A stretch of 64,000 nt of DNA from Takakia lepidozioides (taxonomy: Eukaryota; Plantae; Bryophyta): contig CM060731.1 of NCBI GenBank assembly GCA_030704615.1, positions 2,418,001-2,482,000 of the forward strand, given 5' to 3'. A model generated the notes under the pieces. The model saw only the letters and a list, made by a program, of their open reading frames with translations. It searched no databases and had not been told where the DNA came from. Each line of letters starts with the position of its first letter. Position 1 is the stretch's first letter. The position numbers and the translations under genes were made by a program. Below, one piece after another: positions 53,201 to 64,000 of this stretch.

Positions 53201-53998
53201 TCACCAGATTGAGGAATGAGATTATATTGTCCCAGGTAGGGGATGGCACCCCAGTGTATCCTCTCTTTCGACTCTGCATCATCGAAAGCCAACCCTCATT
53301 AACAATTTTCATCTCTCCTGCTGAATCAGAACGGGAAGGGTGTGGCTTGGCATCGAACACGCACTGAAGAGTGCGGGTATATCTTCCAGCAGTAAAGTCC
53401 TGCCCACTCTCCATCTCCTTTTCATTCTCCTTCCCCTTGTCCTTTTCCTTCTCTTTGGACTTGTCTTTGTCCTTTGGCTTTGCTGGTGAGATGGCTATGA
53501 CATCAACAGCCTTGTCTTTTGGTTTGCGGCCCGCCTTCTTTCCCTTCTGCGGCGTTCCCTGAGCATCAGGCTCCTTGGCAGCCAAGGTTGCTATGTTTCG
53601 TTGATACTCTTCGTCAGTCAAAGGCGCCAGCATCTCAGCGTTATTGTTCAAGTATTTCATATGCTGTTCTTGAAAGGTCGTGTGCTCAGGTGGGCAGTCA
53701 AGGTACCACCCACAGTCTCTGAAGTGAGAAGGACTCCAGTCCTTCAATATCCCTGCAGTATACATGGTTGGATCGTTTGCAGGGTCCGACCACATGTCAA
53801 GATAGTCGGGAATTCCGCTCAGGTGATTTCCTTCCATAAGCACATATTTCGTGTACCTGAAAAAAGGAGATGAATCCCAACCCACAAAAGCGCTCAGTGA
53901 GTAAGATGCAAGTAGAAAGAAAGAAAATAAAACATGGATTGAAATGGCTCTGACAACTGCTCCAAGGACCTTTCAGGACCACACTACTGCTCCAGATA

Positions 53999-54722
53999 TG
54001 AATGTCGTCAACGCCATTCAGAACATTCCATTCCATGACACTGTAAATACATCCTAATCCAGGTGAATGCAAATAAGCGATTAGAAATGACACAGACATA
54101 GAAGTGAATGTCGTCAACGACATTCAAGAATGAAGCCAAATTATTACTGAAATGAAGCAAAATCACAGGATGGAAATAAAAAAATTGAGTAAGGAACCAT
54201 CCAGGAAAACTCAATGCACATTCATAACGAACCTATCACTGAGGACCTCACAACATCACTGTATGTGAATGGCGTCAACGCCATTCACAAAAATACAAAA
54301 AAGAAACCAATTACTTAGCTCCCCAATCCATGAATATTGAATTTGTCGTTTTTTAATAATACAGACACAGCTGTGAATGTCGTCAACGACATTCACTTTG
54401 GATTTCTTAAAACAGAGCTTATGAAGCCTCCATATTCATCGCAAGAGGAAAAAACAATGCAGAACAACTGAATGTCTGCATTGACATTCAGCAAAATGAA
54501 GTGATCAACCCTCATTGTATCCTCTATGGACATTACAAAAATTTAAATAACCTTGAGGACCGCACAACAACTCCGTATGTGAATGTCGTCAACGCCATTC
54601 AAGGACATTATCAATTCTAATCAGGGACAATATAATTGCACCCTTAGATCCTAACCAGGTGAATTCATATACTCGCTTAAGAATGACTCAGACAAAGAAG
54701 TGAATGTCGTCAACGACATTCA
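53999..54722. repeat. Seven copies of the 22-bp palindrome TGAATG(T/G)CGT-CA-ACG(A/C)CATTCA in cargo-gene intron 5
   Basis: Copies start at 53999, 54105, 54266, 54374, 54469 (variant), 54580 and 54701. Confidence 0.95.
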
Positions 54723-56568
54723 ATCTGGATCTAAGATTGCAATCCATATGAAGCCACAATTTTTCCAAAAAAAACAGTAGAGTTTCAAGTATGACATTTC
54801 ACCTGTACACAACTCGCATCATGGCCCACTCTCCTCCAACCTGACTGTCAAAGTCGTTGGACCGTAAAATGTTACCATCTTTGGAGAACTCCCGGAAAAA
54901 ACAGTATCTCCAGGTGAGACCTCTCCACTTCCTTATGTATGCCTCCAATGACATTTGGGGAGGGGAAACAATCGCAATGTTCAGGTCCTTCAAAGTCTGA
55001 TCCAGCACAATGACGGCGCGCTTTTCGAGCTGCAAATAGAATATTTGTCAGAATTGCAAAAAAGAAACACATCACATACTTGAAGATAAGAAACAGCATG
55101 TTCGAATACACACCTGACTCCAAAATGTAGCCTTGTGGAGCCAGTTATCAAACACCAAATCACTGATTCCTTCCACCTTTGTGCCAGGCTGTATGGTGCT
55201 CTTTGGGAACTGATTCAAGTCCTTTACTGTTTGATCTGAGTTCATATCTCCAGCCACCTTATTTTGTTTGTGGGTCGACCATCGATATGGCCAGCCGGTG
55301 CATTTTCTCCTGCTGCATCTCCGGATGCACATGCTGTCATAGTGTGTGTTTTGATCTGCTGAAGGAACTCAGGACCAAGTCCAGGATCTACTATTCTAAG
55401 CTGCTTTCCGAAGGCTGACATCAATTTGGTTCTTCGCATCTCAAACTCCTTCTTTTATTGCAGCTTCCACACCCTTTGATGTCCTTAGTTCCTCTGGTGT
55501 AGTGCGGTATATATTCGGATTTTCCCTTCTCAGCTGCCTCTGCCAGTTCTTGCTGCATTCATTCAAGTAGTGATTAGCTCCGAAGGGACTCTAAAACATG
55601 TATTCGAAAAGTAAACAGATTACAGACTCGGGCTTACCGCATACATGTACTCCAGAAACGCCTCTCGTGTCAAAGAATACCAAGTGCCTGCAGCTCTTCC
55701 TGTTTCGCACTTCTTGATGATATTGGGTGGTAGTACTGTCCGAAATCATCAGCTTATCAGACCAATCCTCTGAATTCGGAATAGTGTGTGAACCAAGCTT
55801 GTTGTCACATGCGATTTCTCTGTCGATCTGCAAAACATTGAAAACATTGCATTCCTTAACACTGTTTTTTGAGATCACAAGACACTACAGAGGGAATCAA
55901 ATCTCCTGGATGACTTACTTGTTCACGTCGTGCATAGCTGTAAGAAGCCTAGCGATGTCGTTTCCTGGATCCAAAACCATTGCCTCCACAGCAACATGCT
56001 TGTCTTTGTCTTTCGAATGGGTTTCTGAATGTATCCCATCCATGCCAGCAATCGGTGGTTGCCGTCCCAGACGTAGAACATGTGTGGTTGCAAAATTGCT
56101 GGGTGTTCTTTCCCATCATGAGGCCCAGCTCGAACTCCTCATTGGCATCTTTCCAGCACTCATCCCAGTTATCACTGATCTCTGGAGAAACTAATGTGCT
56201 TTTCCCATTTATATCCGTCAGGGACACATAAAAAACTGTGCACACCAAGTCTATATCCATGCACAAAATCACTCTCCAATTTTGTTATGGACGCACAACA
56301 GGCATTGATATCATCCGGCACAGAGGTATGTCCAGACGCCCTCCAGATACGAGCATGTCCCTTATAACCTCCTGAGAGTTTACCTTCTGGAATGACATGA
56401 GTTCTTTCACCTTGTCAAGGTAGTGCACTTCGGATTCATCTGCTTCCTCTGTATTCTCTGAGCTTTTTGCGACTCCGTCCCATTCCAGACCCCCCTCTGA
56501 TAATGTAGGCTTCGACTCACAGTTTTTCTGCACGAGCCATCAGTTATGCCTAAGTCATTTGCAAATAG

Positions 56569-56887
56569 TGAATGGCGGTAACGACAATCACTCTGTATCA
56601 AGGAAACTCACCATGAATGGTGTGAAAGAATTCAGCACAATCTACAGATGCAAAGCCGAGACTGCCGTATTCAAAACAAAAGTGAGAGCGATAGCGAACG
56701 GCGTTAACGACAATCACAAAAGATAACAACCTGCCGGATCGGTGTTGTGAAATGACATATATGTGCAACTGATTGGCGGCAACGACATTCAGTATAGTTT
56801 AGGGAGAATAGTAAGTGCAGACTCTCTCTTCAAACACATAGGTACATAAATCTCATGAGCAGAATCGAATGGCGTTAACGACGCTCG
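56569..56887. repeat. Four diverged copies of the same palindrome in cargo-gene intron 1
   Basis: Copies start at 56569, 56695, 56770 and 56866, for example TGATTGGCGGCAACGACATTCA. Confidence 0.85.
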
Positions 56888-57265
56888 CGATTCAGTAGTT
56901 CCTGCTAAAGAATGGAAGAGGAAGGACTCCTTGAAAGGCAATCACATAGACTATATGATAAAACTTACTGGCACCTTCTTAGGTTTTGAACTTTGATCCC
57001 CTTCTGCAGCTTTCCTCTTCCCTCTCACATCTGCTGGAGTTTCTGTCTGCGCAAGGGTTTCTTGACCTTCTTCAGGTTCGGCGTTCCGCGTGCTTCCACC
57101 TTCTTCAGTGTCCCTGCGATTCATCTCTGCCTCCACAGGCTGGCGCACTCTTATCGCCGGCTGTGTCGCAGCCGCTGCCTCAGTCTCCGTCTGCTCTTGT
57201 GAATCAGTCTCCGCGTTCACCTGCTGCCTTGGCCCTGTGTTCTCCAACAAACGACGCCTCGTCAT

Positions 57266-58120
57266 TTTCTCTCTTGCTCTGCGTCTCTCTCTAAGGGAAG
57301 TAAAATAAAGAGACTTTCTTCTCTTTCGTATTCTAGAAGGAACCCTCTCCAGCTTGACTACCACTCTCCCTCTAAGCGCGAAAAGTAGAAAAACGCAGTG
57401 ACTCCCGATTTCTTGCGGGATAACCTGTGTTCTTGCGTGTCTCTAGAAGCATCGGATTCCCTCCCGCGTGACCGTTACACATAGTCGTTTCGATATTAGT
57501 GCACATGCCAGCAATTGGTGTACAGCTGTTCGTATTCAGTTATGGATGTCTGACGTGTGCCGCCCAAAACAAAACGGCGTGTTCTAAATTATAACTGGTT
57601 CAATATTTAAAAAGAACAGCGAATCCCAGAAATTGATGCGCAGTCTTAAACAAATAAATATAAATGAACGAGAGTTTGATGACAAATTTTGGAATATCAT
57701 ACACGGTCATCCTTGTTATCCAAACCCCACATTCGTTGCACATTTGGAACTTTCCAGGTGCGCATGATCATTGGTAGTAGTATATAGATACATTTACTTA
57801 ATCTGCAATCCCATTCTCGGATCCTGTGGCATGCTTCCAGGAAGTCGGCTTTGTTATTGGGTTTATTGATGAGGTTCTGATTAACGGTTTAACAGTTGCC
57901 GACACTGCCCCTATGGATTCTCTGACCACTGGGCCCACAAGAAAAGTAATTAAAATGGACGGCTGCATATCTGGAATGAATAACAGAATATGCACAGTCG
58001 TTATCTGAGCTTCCTCCGCCATATGCTCTGCTCATTCTTCAACTGTGTTCTGGAGACAGCAGTAAACCGATTTACACTAGATCTGCGATAGCAAGGTACA
58101 AACATACTCGAGGAAGGAAG
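57266..58120. promoter_or_regulatory. Probable bidirectional promoter region between the cargo gene and the transposase
   Basis: Non-coding interval between two head-to-head start codons. Inferred from position only. Confidence 0.45.
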
Positions 58121-61100
58121 ATGGCTTCCTCTGAAGCGGAGTTCTTCTCAGACGACAAACCAGTGCCGTTCTCCCAGGAAGTCCTTGACAATGGATTTGC
58201 AATTGTTCTGGAACATGTCTTGGCTACCCGTTTTCAGCTGCAGAATGGCTCCATCTTTTTGGAGAAAGAGGTTTACGATCTGAAAGGGAAGTTGGTGAAA
58301 TATTCTTTCCAAAACCGTGATGAGACGGCTCATATCAGCCAGTGGAGAGTGCGTCCTGGTCGATACAGAGTACTTGGAGAGCCTCGGCGAAAGTCCCTTG
58401 GGTCATATGTGACGCCCGGGACTGCTGCTTCGGTCGTTGAAGACAAGAGGGAGGTGGTGGTGAAAAAAGAACAGACGTCCTCCACTCCAATCGTTGAGCT
58501 TTCGGATTCTTCCGATGATGACATAAGTGAAATTCCAAATCCAGTCCTTCCTACTGTGGTTGCAGAAGCTGATGAAGAAGAGATTTGTAGTGTCATTCCA
58601 AAATTGCGGGCGATGGGAGGAATGGCTGGATTCAAAAGTGAGTTGCGGGGAATTGATTGGGAATCTTTGAAGCAGGTGCCTGTGAAGTTCTTGCCGGAGA
58701 CTTTTGATGGCGATATCCTATTCGAGCTGCCTCCTCCTCCGCGAGTTGGAGGTGTAACAATCATGATGCATGGAATGGACAAGAAACACGACGGGCACCC
58801 GTGGTGCAGAACAAAAACATCCAATATTCAGAATGATGACAAGCTTGTTTTCAGGAGGACAGTTTGCAATGGACACCTTAGGTGTGATAATTTGAATTGC
58901 AGACACTTTCTTCAGTCTGGAGTTCATAATCAAAGCGAATGGGAGGGTCTGGCAGAGAATCCATTTCAGCCTGGGACTGCCCCTCCACCGGCAAACACTT
59001 TCGTCTGCAAATTCTGCAAACTTGTGCCATCCTGCTTGGCGCTCTGCGGAGCAAGAATGTACTATGTTGTCCACCGTTTGAATACAATGACGAGAGCTTG
59101 TGTGCATTTTGGATTCCATAACCATCCTGTCTCGAAGGGGGATTACAGGGAGAGTGTTGAGACAGTATCGAGGTTGATCAAACAGGAGTTCGGGAGAAAC
59201 CCATCCGCAACAACATCTGCAATTGCTCTTGGCGCAAGCAAGTCCTTCTTGGAAAGCCATATTTTGAGTGAAGGAGATTCTGTGGGGACTAAACTTGACG
59301 GTGCAGCATTGGACCTGGTCATGGATCATTTCTCCACTTTAAGTTCACCTAACATTCGGCATCAGATCAATGCATTGAGAATGGGCTCTGGGATCAGAGG
59401 CTACATAGACAATATTTTGGAATTGAAACGACTGAGCAAGTACGATTACATCCAGGACAATGTATTCCCAGGTCAAGGTGCCATCAAAGTTTTTCTTTTC
59501 AAAATGTCGACTGTTGGGGAGGGCAGTGGGGTTAGCCTCGTGAAGCGGATGCAGAAGACTGGGGACTTGCAGAACTGTTTTCTTATGTTTGATCATGTGA
59601 AACGAGTGAAGGATTGGACGACAATGGCTTGTCATGTCTACGATCCAGTGTACCAACGAGTTATGACAATTGCAGTTTGTGACATGCAATCCGAGGATAC
59701 GGAATCCCAGAAGCTCATGTGGAATTCCCTGATACGTGTCATGGGCTGCCATGGGCTGCCATCTCCAAATTTCGCAGGTTTCATGGCGGATAGTGCTCAA
59801 GCAAATTTCAATGCTATTCGTATTGTCTTCGGATCGGGCGACCCAAAAGTGCCTATGCCAGGAAGAGAGCGTACATGTCTATTCCATTGGACACAATCTC
59901 TGGAAAAACATACAAAGTCGGACATCAAACCAGAGATGCAGACTCAGCACCGTAAATTGTGCAAAGAGTACAAAGATGCTAGAACAATGAAGGAGGCGGA
60001 CACTTTGTTCCAGACAATTCGTGCCTGGTGGTTCTCTTCTGGAGCTGCATCACTTGAGAGTATGAGAGCATTGGAAGATTGGCTGGCGTTTTGGCACTTC
60101 CGGTATAGACAGTGGGGAGCAGCCATGACAATGGTACGAGGCTTCTATTTCATGCTTTATTCATACATTTGCTTTCCATATTTTTGTTGCTTTCTTTATG
60201 TTGTTTCCTGTGCACTATTCTGAAGTGTGGTTATCCTCTTTGCAGAACATGTCCATTGAGGAAATGGCAGACATGCCATCTTGCAATTTGGCAGAAACTG
60301 TGCACAATGCATGGTTGCAGCAGTCTGGGAAAAGAGGTCGGGATTTGTATGTGGCAACAACAGATGATTTGATACGTGCCTTGCAACAACAAACCCGATA
60401 CCGTGATTTCTTACGAGGTGGGGTTGGTGGCAAGGGTCCGGACAAATCGGAGTTGATGTTGCGTGCTGCAAACAGATCTGGGGATCCAATCAAGATAGCA
60501 CGGGCGGTGAGCATGTATGCCCAGGGAACGCCACTTGTTTCTAGAGTTCCACATCTTGAAGGGGAGGAGAGATTCGGCTCCTGTAAGAGGAAATTGAACA
60601 CTCCACCTGGTTCGGATTCAGATTCCCACAGGGCAGACCGTGATAACTTCTCGAAGCCTCGTGTTCCCCTGCATGACAGCTCCGTGTCCGGAACCTCCAT
60701 TGTGGAGGAACCTCCAACACGACGGCAAGCTCCAGCATCAAACCGTGCCACTGAAATGGTGCAGGAGAGAAACAACCCCCTTGATGTGCTTGAGTCCGCA
60801 TGCCCCGACCACGTTTGGCACATAGAACGCACAAGTGTCGGGTCTCGTGTGAAATGTACAGCGATCAGGGCAACTAATTTCGAGAAGTGCACTTCATCTA
60901 TATCCAGAGGTGGTGCCCGAACTCCTGCTCCGACTTTCACGGGCTTGATGCGTCCATACGGTCAACCAGAAGCCAAGAACCACAAGTTCTGGTTCTGCGC
61001 AGATGATTGTGCCAGATGTGTGCATGGAACTGTGCGTCCTTCCGTAGTGATGAAGCCATCTCCTCCAACCGTTTGGCCCGTGAAGGTGGGAACACATCTC

Positions 61101-61631
61101 AGCTTTCAGGAGATTGAAATGCTGGAGGAGGCAGGTTTTTCCCTTGCGAGACAACCCCAACTCCATGCATGTGCTACTACTCCTGCGTCCTCCCGGGTCC
61201 CCCCGGCAAATCCTGACTTGTGGCCAACCAAACGAGATGGAAAGCTCGTTCGGCGTTTCCCTCCAACCGCTGAACACTTTGGCAAAGTGGAGTCCGCAAG
61301 AATGCTCCAAGCTCGTGTTGGAAGCACCACGGAAGTACCCGATCCAGGATATGGTCGGGTATTCACAATCATCACTTCCACATCTGCTGTTCATGACAGG
61401 ACCTACGACATCACGGTTTCCAATTTCCCCAATTGCACATGTCCTGATTTTGTGAATATGCTATCAACCAGTTTGGGCAAGAGAGGTAAATTCATACCCT
61501 GCAAACATTTGTATTTCATATTTTTGAGGAGGATGGTTTGCGATCCCAAACGTGACAACTTCATTCACCAGGCCACTATGAGTTTCAACGAGGTCGATAC
61601 TCTTTTGCAGCGGGATACAACACATGGGTAG
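58121..61631 (+). CDS. Intact Mutator-like transposase, about 1132 aa, exons 58121-60133 and 60246-61631
   Basis: WRKY/GCM1-like zinc-binding region (CKFC..C.ARM..VHFGFHNHP), DDE triad MFD / FMAD / LAE with CLFH (CxxH), and C-terminal SWIM CTCPDF..PCKHLYF. Phase-0 GT-AG intron 60134-60245. No stops or frameshifts. Confidence 0.9.
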
Positions 61632-64000
61632 CATGAACTATGTAATGTGGTATGTGGATGACCATGATTTGAAATGTGTAATTCACATCAATTCGTCGGC
61701 TGTGCAATGATATGGCCTCCAACTATACGGAGTGAGGTCTGAGTGACAACTTTTAGGTAGTGCACATTTGTCATTGCACCGTTCGAAGTCTACATGTCTT
61801 GCTGTCGCTATGCACTACAATCATCTTTTGAAGATGATCATAACTCTCATTGTTATTTGAGGAGGGAGGAAGTCTTCTCGTGGCAGCCTTTATGGCGCAC
61901 ACTTTGTGAGGATATTTTGTCGTCTTCGTAATTGTAAAAGTGAAACAAACATTTGTAATTGCACAATGTTGGATGCTGCAATTGTAGGCCTCAACGCTCG
62001 TCTTGATTCTATTTAGGCAAGATTCCCTGCATTAATTCCACGGTCATAGGACCATCCACGGTTATAGGCGGCGCATGTTAATGCTGACGTGGCAGTTGAC
62101 GGACAGTGCCACGTCATCATTTACCGCCACATCAGCATGCTGACATGACGCTCACGCCACGTCAGCATGTGTGCAGGCTCACGCCACGTCAGCTGGCGTG
62201 AGCGTACGCTCACGCCGCGTCACTCCTGCGTGAGCGTACGCTCGCGCGCTACGTGCAACGCTCACGCCATTGCGTCGTTGATTTGATTTGCATCCTTGTC
62301 CTCCATTTGCTGTTTGGCTCCCTCAAGGTGTACGGGATCATCTCTCAATTCAATCAAATGGGCTTGATCCTACAACACGTGAGGAATTACTGGATCTTTC
62401 AAGGCCTCCATCATTTACTGCCCTGTCATTCAAGAGTATGACAACGTATGGTAACCATTACAGGGTTACATCCCCCGGCATGAACACAACAAGTATGGTG
62501 TCTTTTGATTGTGGAGTCTCATCTGTTTTCCAGCACCAGCCCATTACCAACAATTCAGGCAATGACATGGAGGAACCTACAAGATATGTGGGTCTTATAA
62601 GGGAGATTTTGCAAATTGACTATGGCCAAACACAGCCTATAGTGTTTTTGTGTTCGTGCGTACGGGCGAGTCGCGTGGGTCGTCAACCTATGTCAATGAA
62701 GCAGGATGATGCTGGCTTCACACTTGTCAATTTTAACCGTATGCTTCCACCTTCTGAGCAACCTTTTGTGTTTCCTGGCCAGGTTGATCAAGTGTTTTTT
62801 TCTGATTGTGTGAAGGAGCCGGGGTGGAAAGTCGTCCTAGAGAAGAGCCCCCGAGCACGTAGAGTGGTCTGCGACATATCAATTGATAATGATGATGTGG
62901 CGGAAGTGGAAGGATTGTTAGCCCCACAAAGACTAGAGGAGACTGTGGTTACTGATGGCCCAACATGCAGCCGAGCGGTACCGGTTACTCCAGAGCAGGT
63001 GGCCTCCTTGTACCTCCGAGCACCCCGTATACGTGGTGATGATGTTCAGCCAACCCTTGGAGAAGATGAAGTCTGTGATGAAGACAGTGATACATGTAGT
63101 GACCCAGACATAGATGAGGATGATGAAGATTAGATATGCGCGATTTGTGCACTCCAGTTATAGACCATGCATGATAGTTTAAGGTGGTAACACTCCCTTC
63201 GCATTCCCATTAAGATATCATGCTTGGACACTGGATTTTATGATCAATTATGGAGTGCTTTCCTTTCAGCACCCTTTATTCATTTGTTGTTGCAATTGGC
63301 TTTGGACCAACCCGTGCTGGTACCATTGCCATGGGTTCTGCCTGCAATGTTTTCTTGCCATGGATTCGGCACACGCCACGAAAGGCCTTCCAGACCATCC
63401 TCTGGAAATGCTCCAATGTTGTTTCAAACATCTCCACATTGCAATGGATACAACACTGACATTAGATGAGTGAAAGTGAGACTAGACCTCTAGCCAGCCG
63501 GCTTTCCCACATCAAATTGAAGGGGATCTATAGATTATAGATAACGGCTGTTGCCTTCTCAATGTCTTTTTCCAATGACCTCTGCAATGAACTGGGGTAT
63601 AAGATCCTTCAAATCACAAGTTTGAGCATCACGCACAAGCCACGTACGGGGATAGAGTTTCCAATGCGAACCATTGGTCTTTTATTGATAGCATTGTTGT
63701 AAAATACATGGACCAACATGGTCAATTTCGGGAATGACATATAGTACGCTTTCATGTACTATGTAAGCATGCAACTATGTACCAGTGACGTGGCTTGTTC
63801 GCCACTTAACCTGTTTGCCCATTCAGCCAGCTCCACATTGTCATGGATTTTGCATGCTGGATTGTGAGGCCATCCACACCGTCCTCTGGAAATGCTATCA
63901 TGGGGTTTCAGCTATGTCCACATTTCCCTGGATTATGCCTGCACGAAGCAAGGCCAACTGCATTCAACACCCTCCACTTTATTATAGTATTGCAGCAACA

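Larger units (their letters stand above)
51650..57265 (-). pseudogene. Spliced cargo gene: ParB/Srx-like domain plus beta-class N6A/N4C DNA methyltransferase-like domain. Exons about 57265-56969, 56527-55919, 55827-55638, 55590-55115, 55029-54803, 53856-53205, 53091-52751, 52555-52270, 52174-51981, and a possible last exon to about 51650
   Basis: MFYVWDGNHRLLAW (WDGNHR at 56069-56052); ADIVILDIPDG (53025-53014); FLSDAGTLLLF; PWRGAKEKS; VVDLSVSTGATYHACKAGGRSLFGMEGD spliced across 52270/52174. Introns are GT-AG. Several frameshifts and stops. Confidence 0.78.
50948..62283 (+). mobile_element. 11.3-kb Mutator-like DNA transposon with degenerate termini and two divergent genes
   Basis: 9-bp TSD TGATTTGCA at 50939-50947 and 62284-62292. 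Inverted GGCGTGAGC/GCTCACGCC-rich subterminal repeats at both ends. Encodes a MULE transposase. Confidence 0.93.
48242..63133 (+). pseudogene. CACTA/En-Spm transposase (TnpD/Tnp2-like), split by the MULE insertion; exons about 48242-49705, 49807-50702, 50834-50947 plus 62293-63133
   Basis: IHACERGCVLF, RHPADSKAW, GLALDGVNPY, STWPVLLVNYNLPPW, DAMHCEKN, MKSHDYH, FFDVMTHL..RWMYPMER, and DUF4216-like EQPFVFPGQVDQVFF. The reading frame YPPDL|HPCPPF is restored exactly when the insertion and one TSD are removed. One stop at 49439. Confidence 0.93.

Noticed and set aside
53999-54722. CRISPR array
   Set aside because: Spacers are about 70-140 bp and related to each other by higher-order duplication, the array is intronic in eukaryotic DNA, and no cas genes are present.
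60134-60245. Two separate overlapping genes (700 aa and 477 aa)
   Set aside because: A phase-0 GT-AG intron joins them, and the catalytic Glu lies in the second exon.

Overview
Eukaryotic, intron-containing, transposon-rich plant DNA. The protein families look like those of a non-seed plant or streptophyte alga, which is an inference. The only clear host gene is a 7-exon plastid-type arogenate dehydrogenase (TyrAa, minus strand, 25395-38932), whose introns are filled with an APE-RT LINE and tandem copies of that LINE's 3' end. The rest is nested transposable elements: a decayed Mutator-like transposase at the window start, CACTA fragments, a palindrome array next to a kinase pseudogene and serial long hairpins, a deleted Copia element with intact LTRs and TSD, rearranged Gypsy pieces with a large extra ORF, and a CACTA transposase split by an 11.3-kb insertion. 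That insertion (50948-62283, 9-bp TSD TGATTTGCA) is the highlight. It is a Mutator-like element with degenerate termini and an intact two-exon transposase. It also carries a divergently oriented, spliced cargo gene that joins a ParB/Srx-like (WDGNHR) domain to a beta-class N6-adenine/N4-cytosine DNA-methyltransferase-like domain. Two introns of that cargo gene hold 11 copies of a 22-bp palindrome, which are candidate parS-like cis sites. In this copy the cargo gene is frameshifted.
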